DNA of 36,752 bases from Ilumatobacteraceae bacterium (GCA_041747915.1 JBGTEH010000028.1:1-36752), one strand, 5' to 3'. Counted from the first letter of the stretch, positions 6,998 to 15,395 are shown. Translations and numbers: made by a program. The notes: a model not told the origin generated them from the sequence alone.

Positions 6998-8245
6998 TCA
7001 GCGTCCGGAGCTCGGCGCGGGTCCACCGGTGCCGGCGAACTCCGCCGGTGCCTCGTGGCCGAGGAAGATGCGCCCGAGCTCGCCGTACAGCGGATGGGCC
7101 ACCCACCGGTGAGTGGCGCATCCGTGTGCGTCACGCAGCTTGCGTTCCAGCGGGCTGTCCATACGCATGGCGGACGTTCCGGCGGCGTTGTGGATCGAGT
7201 CGACGACGTGCATCGACGCGTTCGCGGCGTGGGTGCAGGCGAGCCGGGCGATCTGGGTGCGCTCTGCGGAAGGGGCGTCGCGTCCGGCCCACAGTTCGTC
7301 TTCCACCTCGCCCATCGCCTCGAAGAGAAACGCTCGGGCGGCTCGCAGGTTGGCCTCGCCCTCGCCCATTCGTTGCTGTGCGATCGGACGGTCGCGCAAC
7401 GGCGTGCTCGAGAGCATCGGTGTCTTGGAGTTGGCCAGCGTGGCGAATTCGTCGAGTGCCCCGCGGGCGACGCCGATGGCGCATGCCGCCTTGTTGTAGG
7501 CGAGGCGCAGCGGTACCGGGATGCGGTACACGGGGTTCTCGTACAGCGGTGGGACCGTCACGAGGTCGACGCCGGCGAACCGCTCGGGCACGATCCCTCC
7601 GGCGGTGACGACGTCGTGGCTGCCCGAGCCGCGCAGCCCGGCGACGTCCCATGTGTCGACGATGTCCCACTGGTCGCGATGCAGGAACCACAACTTCACC
7701 GTTGGCGCTCCGTCGGTGAGGCGCATGTCGTCGCCGTCGAACACGGGAGCGACGATGAAGCACCACGTCGCGTTGTGACACCCACTGATGAACGTCGCAT
7801 GTCCATGGACGCGGAAGCTGCCGTCGGGCTGGGCAACCGCGCGAGATGGTGTGGTGCCGGGCCCGCCGCCACCGCACATGATCACCCGTGGATCAGCGAG
7901 GTATATCTCCTCGGCCAGCTCCATTGCCATGCCACCGGCGGCCATCGCGTTGATCTCCGAGCCGAGCATCACGTTCCAACCGACCGAGCCGTCGATCGCC
8001 GAAATGGCCTCGATCACCTCGATCGTCTGGCCGACGGTGGCATCCTCCCCGCCGAGTTCGCGGGGAATCGTGAAGCGGAAGAGCCCGGCGTCGATCAGCG
8101 CGTCGATCACGAACGTGGGGCAGCGGCGCAACTGTTGCGCTTCGTCGCCGCCGTCGCGAATTGTGTCGGCGAGACTGGCGACCCTGTCGAGCAGCCCGAC
8201 CTCCGACGCCGTCGTCGGCACTCCTGCATCACTGACGATCGCCAT
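6998..8245 (-). CDS. acyl-CoA dehydrogenase family protein (ACAD type-2 / group-D flavin monooxygenase-like)
   Basis: 415 aa with an ATG start. It has the ACAD three-domain layout, including 'DVAGLRGSGSHD'. It is the first gene of a three-gene operon with the two hotdog genes. Confidence 0.8.
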   Translation of the reverse strand: MAIVSDAGVPTTASEVGLLDRVASLADTIRDGGDEAQQLRRCPTFVIDALIDAGLFRFTIPRELGGEDATVGQTIEVIEAISAIDGSVGWNVMLGSEINAMAAGGMAMELAEEIYLADPRVIMCGGGGPGTTPSRAVAQPDGSFRVHGHATFISGCHNATWCFIVAPVFDGDDMRLTDGAPTVKLWFLHRDQWDIVDTWDVAGLRGSGSHDVVTAGGIVPERFAGVDLVTVPPLYENPVYRIPVPLRLAYNKAACAIGVARGALDEFATLANSKTPMLSSTPLRDRPIAQQRMGEGEANLRAARAFLFEAMGEVEDELWAGRDAPSAERTQIARLACTHAANASMHVVDSIHNAAGTSAMRMDSPLERKLRDAHGCATHRWVAHPLYGELGRIFLGHEAPAEFAGTGGPAPSSGR

Positions 8246-8287
8246 GTCCAGTTTCCCCTCGAAGAATTGATCAGCAGATTACTTCAC

Positions 8288-8398
8288 GTTGCGATGAGAT
8301 TCTGGTGCGAGGGGTGCACGCGAATCTCATCGGTGCCGCCAGAACACGTCCGGCGATGAGAGTTTGGCGCGCCAGGTGCACGCGAAACTCATCGCAAC
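8288..8398. repeat. two tandem copies (62-bp period) of a ~42-bp hairpin-forming unit, GCGATGAG..GGTGCACGCGAA.CTCATCG
   Basis: Unit 1 pairs CGATGAGATT (8292-8301) with AATCTCATCG (8323-8332). Unit 2 pairs GCGATGAG(A)GTTT (8353-8365) with AAACTCATCGC (8385-8395). The outer arms GTTGCGATGAG (8288-8298) and CTCATCGCAAC (8388-8398) are also complementary. Confidence 0.85.
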
Positions 8399-8416
8399 CA
8401 CGCGAGCGACGCGCGC

Positions 8417-8977
8417 TCAGTCGGCGGCGAAGTCGACGTCGGACGTGCTCACCGTGGTGCACGTTCTTCCAGGAGCAGCGGAAAATCCCCAGTACATGTT
8501 GGTGTAGGCAATCGCTTGCTCTGGTGACACCGGCGAACCCCACTCGCGCATGTCCTCGGTGGTGTGCGCGTCGCCCACCAGTGTGGTGTCGTATCCACGC
8601 GCGAGGGCACCGTGCAGGGTCGAGCGGATGCACGCGTCCGTTTGTGCACCCGTGATCACAAGTCGGGAGACACCACGATCGCTGAGGATCGATTCGAGAT
8701 CGGTCGCCTCGAACGAGTCGCCGTAGCTCTTGTGAACGAGCGGCTCGTCGTCGCGGCGTTCGAGAGCGTCGATGTACTTCCATCCGTCGGAGCCCTCGGG
8801 CATCGCCGGGTCGGAGTGCTGCACCCAGACGACCGAGACGCGCTCGGCGCGGGCCCTGTCAACCAAGGTCGCGATGTTCCCAACGACGCGATCGACGTCG
8901 TGTGCGGCACCGACCACATCGTTCTGCATGTCGATCACGAGTAGCGCGGTACCGGACCGGTCGATCAGCGTGCTCAC
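8417..8977 (-). CDS. isochorismatase-family cysteine hydrolase
   Basis: 186 aa. 'ALLVIDMQNDVV' carries the catalytic Asp, 'HKSYGDSF' the Lys and 'ITGAQTDACIRST' the Cys. It has a GTG start with an AAGGAG RBS. Confidence 0.85.
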   Translation of the reverse strand: MSTLIDRSGTALLVIDMQNDVVGAAHDVDRVVGNIATLVDRARAERVSVVWVQHSDPAMPEGSDGWKYIDALERRDDEPLVHKSYGDSFEATDLESILSDRGVSRLVITGAQTDACIRSTLHGALARGYDTTLVGDAHTTEDMREWGSPVSPEQAIAYTNMYWGFSAAPGRTCTTVSTSDVDFAAD

Positions 8978-9103
8978 GGGCTCTCCTTGTTCAGCTGGCG
9001 CCCCAGACTACGGCGCCGGACGTCGCGACCGCCACAGCTACGCGTCGAGTCCGATCGGCGTCAGCTCGCGCATACGACGTTCGAAGAATGACCCCGTGGG
9101 GGG

Positions 9104-10192
9104 CTACGGGTGCAGTACGTGCGCGGTGTCGGGGCGAGTGCGGTTCTCCAGCATCTCGACGTAGACGGCACCGATCGCATCGGCGCCGGTGCAGTGCTCG
9201 ATCTCGATCCAGCCGGACACCTGCCCGAGGAATGGGCCCCACGCCTCCCCGAGCCTGGCCTCGACCACGCCGGGACCCCATTCCTGTCGACGCTTCTCGA
9301 TCTGGCTCGGCGCGAAGAACATCGTCTGCGCGGGGCCTGGCATCGGATCAACACTCCCGACCCGGTCCTCCCAGTGGGTGATCCCCACCATTGCGGAATG
9401 TGCGAGGTCATCGCCAAAGTGCTCGTGCACCGCCCGCACGACCGCTGAATTCCCGCTCATGTCGACGAACGCCACCGGTCCGGATGGGAGCGAAGCGATG
9501 TTGTCGTAGGTGACGACCTGGTCATAGCAGCCAAGCCCTTCGACGAAGGCGACGTTGCCGGGTGATGTGAGGCCCACGACCGTCAAGCCGTCGCGTCCGC
9601 CCAACAGGTGCGCCGTTCCGAACGCGGTCTTGCTCGACGCGCTCGCGAGCACCACGGTCGACGCGCCGAAGAAGTCGTTGTCCGCGAGGAAGTCGTCGAT
9701 CAGGAACGACGTGAAGAACAGAGGGCGATACAACATCTGCTCGGCCTCGAGATCGGAGCGGTAGCCAGACGCACTGGAGCATCGCTCGTAGTTGTTGTAG
9801 ACCGGCGGCAGGGCTGCGCGGTGAGCGGCTCCATCGGTCAGCGATCCGGTCGAAACCTTCATCGGCAGAATCACCAGCTCGGTCGACATCGGCAGGTAGC
9901 CGAACAGGCGCTCGCCGTCGTGGACGCCGTCGCACCGTGACTCGACGACGTCGGCAAAGCCCCACACCGGCACGCGACCCCAGTTCACATCGTCGCCCTG
10001 ATCGGGAGCGGGAAAGAACGTCCAGTAGCCGATCATGTCGCCCGCAGCCGCGTACGTGATGTTGTTGGCCGTGAACCCGAACGCGTCGACCCTCAATCGC
10101 ACCTCGCCCTCGTCGAGTGAGCCGGGCGCGAATTCGACGACGCGAGTGGTGCGGTAGTCGTCGCGGTCAACGAGAAAATGCCAGTCGCTCAT
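9104..10192 (-). CDS. DUF2855 family protein
   Basis: 362 aa from MSDWHFLV. 'FGFTANNITYAAAGDMIGYWTFFPA...WGRVPVWGFADVVES...LASASSKTAFG' matches my recollection of DUF2855. The track's 97-aa N-terminal extension overlaps the next gene and is rejected. Confidence 0.7.
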   Translation of the reverse strand: MSDWHFLVDRDDYRTTRVVEFAPGSLDEGEVRLRVDAFGFTANNITYAAAGDMIGYWTFFPAPDQGDDVNWGRVPVWGFADVVESRCDGVHDGERLFGYLPMSTELVILPMKVSTGSLTDGAAHRAALPPVYNNYERCSSASGYRSDLEAEQMLYRPLFFTSFLIDDFLADNDFFGASTVVLASASSKTAFGTAHLLGGRDGLTVVGLTSPGNVAFVEGLGCYDQVVTYDNIASLPSGPVAFVDMSGNSAVVRAVHEHFGDDLAHSAMVGITHWEDRVGSVDPMPGPAQTMFFAPSQIEKRRQEWGPGVVEARLGEAWGPFLGQVSGWIEIEHCTGADAIGAVYVEMLENRTRPDTAHVLHP

Positions 10193-10248
10193 GACACGAC
10201 GGTACCTGCCGGCGCGACCACAGTACGTCTCGACCCGAACGATCGCGG

Positions 10249-11613
10249 TCAGTCGTGGGCTTCGAGTCGCAGGGGCGTCTGCAGCTGCAGGGCGATCCGC
10301 CCGCGTCCCGTCCTGAGGAGTTGTATCGGCGCGCCGCGCTCCTCCAATCGGCGCTTCAGCATGATGATCCGGGTGTCGAGGTTGTCCCGGATGCCTGGCA
10401 ATTCGAGCGACTTGTCGAGGCGAATCTCCTTCGTGGTGAACTCGACCTGGCCAGCGTGGGCATTGCGCTGGACCAGTGACCACAGGATCCGGCCCGCCAC
10501 ACCCCGAATCAGGTACTCGCCGTCGAGGAAGACGCTGCCGTCCGACGCGAAGTGCCGGACATATGTGGCTGCGGGCGACGCGTCGGTTGTCGCGGGAGGT
10601 CGGACCGCGATTTCCGGACTCGATGGCGTCATCGGGAGGTCGTCGTCGGCGGGCCGGTCGAGGGCGACCGTCTCGGCGAGGATCGCCGCGATCACGCCGA
10701 CCAGCGTCTCGTCGCTGTCGTCGAACGCCACCGAAGCCGGGCTCTCGACGACCACTACGCCGCGCACTTCTCCACGCGACACTGCCGGAACAGCGAGGCG
10801 GCTTCGGGTATCTCTGCTCGTCGGCACTGGGATCTCGCGGTCGCTGTCGCTGAACCCCCTGCCGACGCTCAGCGCATATGCGCTGGTCGCGTGCACGCCG
10901 CCAAGCCGGACCGGGCGATTGCGTTCGGCTGCCACCCCGGCAGCACCGTCGCCGAACGGCATCTCCGACCCGACACCCTCGGCGGGAAATCCGTGGCTGG
11001 CGATCGTGTACAGCGCCTGACCCGTCTCGTCGACGAGCATGACCATCGATCGTTCGTAGCCGAGCAACTCGTCGAGTCCGCGCACTGCGACATCAACCAT
11101 TGTGTCGAAGTCACCGCATCGCGACAATCTCCTGGTCAGCTCGCCCATCGCGGACAGTCGATCAGCGAGCGGACGGCGTTCGAAGTGATGGCGCTCGTCC
11201 TGGAATGCGAAGTCGTTGATGACCTCGATGTGTTCGATGCGGTAGATGTCGGCCGAACGGAGCCGGAACACCCCGCTCGTTCCCGTCGACGTGGCGATCT
11301 CGTCAACCTCGCGCCTGAGGCGGTCGAACACCGGTCCTCGGCGCTCGGTTCGCTCGTAGACGATCGACAAGCGGTACTCGCTGCCCGACTGCGGCTCGGT
11401 CAACACGAGCGACGCCCGAGCGTTCTCGGAGAGGTTGACCGCCGTCTTGCCCATGAACTGGTTGGACAGCGCGATGCGCTCGGAATCGACGACGTTGACC
11501 GATGAGATGAACACCACGTTGGGCTCACCGGATGCACTCGCCGTCGCGATGATCGGCGGGATCCGGCCGTCGACACAACGCCGCAAGTCCTCGATCGTCA
11601 GCGGGGCGCTCAC
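10249..11613 (-). CDS. multidomain sensor-regulator: PNPOx-like split-barrel domain, GAF domain and C-terminal OmpR-like winged-helix segment
   Basis: 454 aa from GTG 11613 (VSAPLTIEDL). The N-terminus 'IPPIIATASASGEPNVVFISSV' is PNPOx-like. The middle is GAF-like ('DFDTMVDVAVRGLDELLGYERSMVMLVDE...LAVPAVSRGEVRGVVVVES'). The C-terminus 'FTTKEIRLD...NLDTRIIMLKRRLEE..IQLLRTGRGRIAL' resembles Trans_reg_C. Confidence 0.6.
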   Translation of the reverse strand: MSAPLTIEDLRRCVDGRIPPIIATASASGEPNVVFISSVNVVDSERIALSNQFMGKTAVNLSENARASLVLTEPQSGSEYRLSIVYERTERRGPVFDRLRREVDEIATSTGTSGVFRLRSADIYRIEHIEVINDFAFQDERHHFERRPLADRLSAMGELTRRLSRCGDFDTMVDVAVRGLDELLGYERSMVMLVDETGQALYTIASHGFPAEGVGSEMPFGDGAAGVAAERNRPVRLGGVHATSAYALSVGRGFSDSDREIPVPTSRDTRSRLAVPAVSRGEVRGVVVVESPASVAFDDSDETLVGVIAAILAETVALDRPADDDLPMTPSSPEIAVRPPATTDASPAATYVRHFASDGSVFLDGEYLIRGVAGRILWSLVQRNAHAGQVEFTTKEIRLDKSLELPGIRDNLDTRIIMLKRRLEERGAPIQLLRTGRGRIALQLQTPLRLEAHD

Positions 11614-12077
11614 CGAGCTCCGTCGCTGAGGGGGGCGCCGGCCATCGGCCCGGGCGTCTGATCGAAAATGCTGTCCACACGGACCGTACACGTGACGAAT
11701 GCGGAAGGGATACGACGCTCGAACAGGGCGGTCGGCAAATTATCGACCTGCGCGATCCGACTGATGAAGCGACGTGTCAACTCGACGGCGGTGTCGTGCT
11801 CGCCCGCCGTCGCCGGGCCGAGCGCCTCGACTCCACCCTTCAGTTGCACTGATTGGAACGTCACCACGTTGCCGGAGGTGATGGCGAGGCGACCTGACGC
11901 CCGGACGTGGCCGATGAGGTCCGCTTGTCCAGCGTCGAGGAACACGTGCACGATGTCGTCGCCTGTGGGCGACGCGCCGTACCCCTTCGACGCAAATGGA
12001 ATCCCGTCGGGAAGCACGGTGCCCACGATGATCGACACGCCACCCAGCAGGTGTTCCCGCAGCGCGGCGTCGAACAT
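11610..12077 (-). CDS. pyridoxamine 5'-phosphate oxidase (PNPOx)-like FMN/F420-binding split-barrel protein
   Basis: 155 aa with an ATG start. 'SIIVGTVLPDGIPFASKGYG...VHVFLD' is family-like. Its stop overlaps the downstream GTG (GTGA at 11610-11613). Confidence 0.7.
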   Translation of the reverse strand: MFDAALREHLLGGVSIIVGTVLPDGIPFASKGYGASPTGDDIVHVFLDAGQADLIGHVRASGRLAITSGNVVTFQSVQLKGGVEALGPATAGEHDTAVELTRRFISRIAQVDNLPTALFERRIPSAFVTCTVRVDSIFDQTPGPMAGAPLSDGAR

Positions 12078-12257
12078 CGCAGCGCACGTTAGCTCGCTCG
12101 AGACCGGCCGTCGTCATCGCTGATGAGCAATCTCGTAGCAGTCACGTTGGAAGACATAGCACTCTCGTAGGGCCTTCTTCGGCGCGCCGTCCGCTCGGAT
12201 CCGTCATCGTGATCTTCACCCGTCGCCGCAACTGGCGACCACAACGAGGAGCGAACG

Positions 12258-13001
12258 ATGACCATGACGAAACCCAACACTCTGATCAGCTACCAGGCGT
12301 CGCCCCGACTCCGGCACGTCGATCCGAACCCGCTTCGCGACATCCACAAGGGCATCCGCGCCGCACTCTTCGCGGTCACCTCGGCGGCCGGTCGGGTCGA
12401 CCCCGCCGACGCCTTCGAGGTCGCGGCGCTCGAATCGGAGATCGCCGACGTGGCCAAGCTGCTGGCCGATCACGCCCACCACGAGGACGAACACTTCGAC
12501 CTCTCGATGCTTCCCGCCGATCTCGTCGAACGCATCGAAAGTGAGCACGTAGTCTTCGACACGCGAGTTGCGTTGCTGATCGAACTTGCGGGCGAGGCGC
12601 GGGGCGCCACCCCCGGCGATCGCCGCCAGGCGATCCACGAGTTGTACATCGAGATGGCCTCGTTCACTGCGGCCTACCTTGCACATCAAGACTTCGAAGA
12701 GCGCACCGTGGTGCCGGCCCTGTTCGATCGGATCGGTGCAGACGAGGTACATGCCATCCACACTCGAATCATCGCCGAGATGTCACCCGAACAGTTCACA
12801 CGTGGGGCGGTGGCCATGTTCCCGGCGCTCAACATCGACGATCGCTTCGAGATGCTCGCTGGCATGCGCGAGGGGATGCCAGACGAGGTGTTCGCCGGAG
12901 TTTGGAGTCTCGCCGCCAGCGTGCTCGCACCCCAGGATGCCGCCGACGTCGCCGCCCGGCTCGGGCTCGACACTTCGCCGGACGGACATACATCCCGTTG
13001 A
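12258..13001 (+). CDS. hemerythrin (HHE cation-binding) domain protein
   Basis: 247 aa with a GAGGAG RBS. His/Glu/Asp ligand-like motifs are 'IHKGIRAAL', 'HAHHEDEHF' and 'AYLAHQDFEE'. Confidence 0.7.
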   Translation: MTMTKPNTLISYQASPRLRHVDPNPLRDIHKGIRAALFAVTSAAGRVDPADAFEVAALESEIADVAKLLADHAHHEDEHFDLSMLPADLVERIESEHVVFDTRVALLIELAGEARGATPGDRRQAIHELYIEMASFTAAYLAHQDFEERTVVPALFDRIGADEVHAIHTRIIAEMSPEQFTRGAVAMFPALNIDDRFEMLAGMREGMPDEVFAGVWSLAASVLAPQDAADVAARLGLDTSPDGHTSR

Positions 13002-13115
13002 TCACCTGAGCACCTACTCGACGATCCAGCCGCCACGTCGTGGGGATCGCCCTCACCGCCCGGGTCGAGCGCATCGACCCAACCATCAACAACTCACACT
13101 CACAGGAGACCACTC

Positions 13116-13700
13116 ATGAACACCACCCTCATCCGCCTGACCGCGCTCGCGGCCGCCACCTTCATGACGCTCGCCGCGTGCGGATCCGACGAGAACACCT
13201 CGTCGAGCACCGTGGCGGTGGCCGACACGACACATGACACGACCGATCACCAACCGGTGACCGTCGCCATCGGCGGCGTCGACTTCGCCTTCACCAACGT
13301 GCCCGCGTCGACCCCGGCCGGCACGACCCTCGAACTGCAGAACACCTCGACGACCGAGCTCCACGAGCTCGTCGCGTTCCGACTGCCCGACACCGACGAA
13401 CTTCCGCTCGTCGAGCTCGTGCAACTCCCGCCCGACGAGCTCACGGCGCGCCTCGGTGCACCCGCGACCGTGGTGCTGCAGGTGCCCGGCTCCGACCAGC
13501 AGATCGTGGCCGTCGGCGACGGCTCACTGCAGGAACCCGGCCGTTACGTGATCATGTGCTTCATCCCCACGGGTGTCGATCCGCAGGTGTACCTCGACGC
13601 CGCCGCCGCATCCAACGGTGCACCTCCAGTCGTGCCCGGCGGCCCACCGCATTTCGTCAACGGCATGTACGCCGAGCTCATCGTGGAACCGCTGAACTGA
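13116..13700 (+). CDS. secreted lipoprotein, cupredoxin-like (putative type-1 copper site)
   Basis: The signal peptide and lipobox are 'MNTTLIRLTALAAATFMTLAAC'. The candidate His/Cys/His/Met ligand set is 'ELHELVAF', 'YVIMCFIPTG' and 'PPHFVNGMYAELIV'. A CAGGAG RBS is present. Confidence 0.55.
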   Translation: MNTTLIRLTALAAATFMTLAACGSDENTSSSTVAVADTTHDTTDHQPVTVAIGGVDFAFTNVPASTPAGTTLELQNTSTTELHELVAFRLPDTDELPLVELVQLPPDELTARLGAPATVVLQVPGSDQQIVAVGDGSLQEPGRYVIMCFIPTGVDPQVYLDAAAASNGAPPVVPGGPPHFVNGMYAELIVEPLN

Positions 13701-13987
13701 AACGGCAGAGCGATGACGACATCACTTCGACCGTGCGAGTTGGTGCGGACGTCTTCAATGTTGTGGGAAGACTGGACCCGGATCGTCACCCGGATCGATC
13801 AAGCCAGTCGCGCAGCGGTGAAGACTGCGAGCGCCGTGAGCGCGGTGGTGCCGACAGCGCGAGCAGATTCGTTGCCGGTCGCCGAAACACCGCGATCCCC
13901 AGCACGGCAACGCCCGCGGGCGGAGAGCCAGAAGACCACGGTCGACGTCGCGTTCGAGTCGCCGCGGACGATCGTGGCGAACGCGGC

Positions 13988-14569
13988 TCAGTCTTCGGGT
14001 CGTTCGATGAACGACTGCTTCAGACGCCACGAACTATTCGGGTAGCGCTGCTGCAACCGTTGCCAATTGTCGATCAGGTCCGGCGCCTCGTGCGAGGCCC
14101 GATACGCCGTCACGGCAGTGAAGTATGCGGCCTCCGGGGCCACGAAGCTGGTCGGGAACCGGCGCAGAACATCACGGTACGCCTCAGCCGCGTCAGTGTC
14201 ACGGCCTGACCGCAGCAAACCGTGAGCGCGGGCGGCGAGCAGCTGAGGGAGAAACTCTGTCGGCGGCAGATAGCCATTCCACCGGTACAACTCGACGCCG
14301 TCGCCGTCCAGAACGCGCAGATCCGGCGTCCACACCTGACGGAACCGTGCAACGGTCGCCGCCGTTTCATCGCTGCCGTCCTGCGTGTCGATCTGAACCG
14401 GTTCGAAGAACTCACCGACCGCGTGGACAACTCCCTGATCTGGATACGTCACGGCATCCAGTTCGGCGCAGCCACCTCAAGTGGGGGAGAAGAAATCAAC
14501 CAGAACAAGACGTCCGGACTCCTTCGCGCTCGCTGTTGCAATATCGACCGACTTCAGCCATTGGATCAT
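13988..14569 (-). CDS. thioredoxin-fold (Thioredoxin_7-like) protein with an in-frame TGA at the CxxC position; candidate selenoprotein (alternatively a nonsense-disrupted gene)
   Basis: ATG at 14569 is preceded by a GGGAG RBS. Translation gives MIQWLKSVDIATASAKESGRLVLVDFFSPT-[TGA 14477-14479]-GGCAELDAVTYPDQGVVHAV... and runs in frame into the track ORF 13988..14452. The N-terminal 30 codons look like the canonical start of this family, and the TGA sits where the first Cys of CxxC is expected. Confidence 0.55.
14440..14461 (-). other. hairpin 15 nt downstream of the in-frame UGA (candidate bacterial SECIS-like element)
   Basis: On the minus strand, CUGGAUGC-CGUGAC-GUAUCCAG forms an 8-bp stem (one G-U pair) with a 6-nt loop containing GU. 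The GUG in the loop is the 'start codon' used by the ORF track. Confidence 0.35.
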
Positions 14570-14654
14570 CGTGTACTCCCATCACATAGTGCGGTCTACG
14601 GCCTCTACCCACCCGCACGTCACTCAAACACGGCCCATCTCGTCGGTCGTCGGT

Positions 14655-15395
14655 TCAGACACCGAGGGCCTCGATCACCAGACGCGCTGCAGCCGCTCCG
14701 GCGTACTGCTGTTGTCCGGTGACGAGGTTGCCGTCGCGCACGGCGAACGGTTTGAACCTCGTGTCGACGATGAAGTTGGTGTTGGCGAGCCGGCGGGCGC
14801 GGTCTTCGATGCGGAACGGTTGGATCGCGGAGCCGACGAACGCATCTGCGAAGTCTTCCTCGCTGTTGGCGAACCCGGTCCACGTCTTGGCGTCGACGAG
14901 AAGCGTGCCGTCGGACTTGGTCGCCTCGAGCAGGATGCAGGTGGCGTGGCAGATCACCGCAGTGAGCTTGCCGGCCTCGTAGAAGTCGCGGGCGAGGTCG
15001 TACACATCGGTGTTGCCCATGAACGTGTACATCGGGCCCTGGCCACCCACGAACAGCACCGCGTCGAAGTCGGCGACCTTGATCTCGGCGATCGCCGGTG
15101 TGTTCTCGATCAGTGCGGCGTGAGTGGGGCTCTTCTTGAACCCGAGCGAGATGAGGTCGTGGGCAGAGTAGCCGGAGTCGTCTTCCGGGTCGGAGAACCC
15201 GTCACCGTTCAGTGTGCCGCCGTCGGGGCTGGCGATGGTGATCTCATAGCCAGCTTCGGCGAACTCCCAGTAGGGATGGGTGAGTTCGCCCCACCAGAAT
15301 CCGATCGGCCAGCCGGTCTGCTCGGACGTCGCTGGGTTGGACGCGACGATGAGGACACGTTTGGGGGTGCCGTAGATGTCGATTGTCTGTGCCAT
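14655..15395 (-). CDS. DJ-1/PfpI (class I glutamine amidotransferase-like) family protein
   Basis: 246 aa with an AAGGAG RBS. Family motifs are 'FDAVLFVGGQGPMYTF' and the nucleophile elbow 'AVICHATCIL'. Confidence 0.85.
   Translation of the reverse strand: MAQTIDIYGTPKRVLIVASNPATSEQTGWPIGFWWGELTHPYWEFAEAGYEITIASPDGGTLNGDGFSDPEDDSGYSAHDLISLGFKKSPTHAALIENTPAIAEIKVADFDAVLFVGGQGPMYTFMGNTDVYDLARDFYEAGKLTAVICHATCILLEATKSDGTLLVDAKTWTGFANSEEDFADAFVGSAIQPFRIEDRARRLANTNFIVDTRFKPFAVRDGNLVTGQQQYAGAAAARLVIEALGV

Noticed and set aside
6839-8359. 506-aa plus-strand ORF, plus several 100-250-aa ORFs in the same region.
   Set aside because: They lie antisense to the acyl-CoA dehydrogenase gene (6998-8245). 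The sequence is Arg/Gly-rich and resembles no family. This is the typical open antisense frame of high-GC DNA.
10193-10483. N-terminal extensions in the track ORFs for DUF2855 (to 10483), the PNPOx-GAF regulator (to 11691) and EgtB (to 25054).
   Set aside because: Each extension overlaps the 3' end of the upstream gene and has atypical composition. Each is replaced by an internal start with either an RBS or a GTGA/ATGA coupling to the preceding stop.
13701-13987. 287-bp gap between convergent genes.
- The frame of the Trx-fold gene stays open past its TGA stop, with 25 consecutive G/C-ending codons (about 13913-13987).
- The track ORF 13713..14045 (+) lies in this gap.
- I also looked here for a tRNA-Sec.
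   Set aside because: The GC3 run is suggestive of a former C-terminal extension or a small overlapping gene. However, the downstream two-thirds of either frame loses coding character, the translated products resemble nothing, and no start/RBS is evident. No tRNA-like T-arm (GGTTCGA..CC) or cloverleaf is present. I leave it as unexplained spacer.
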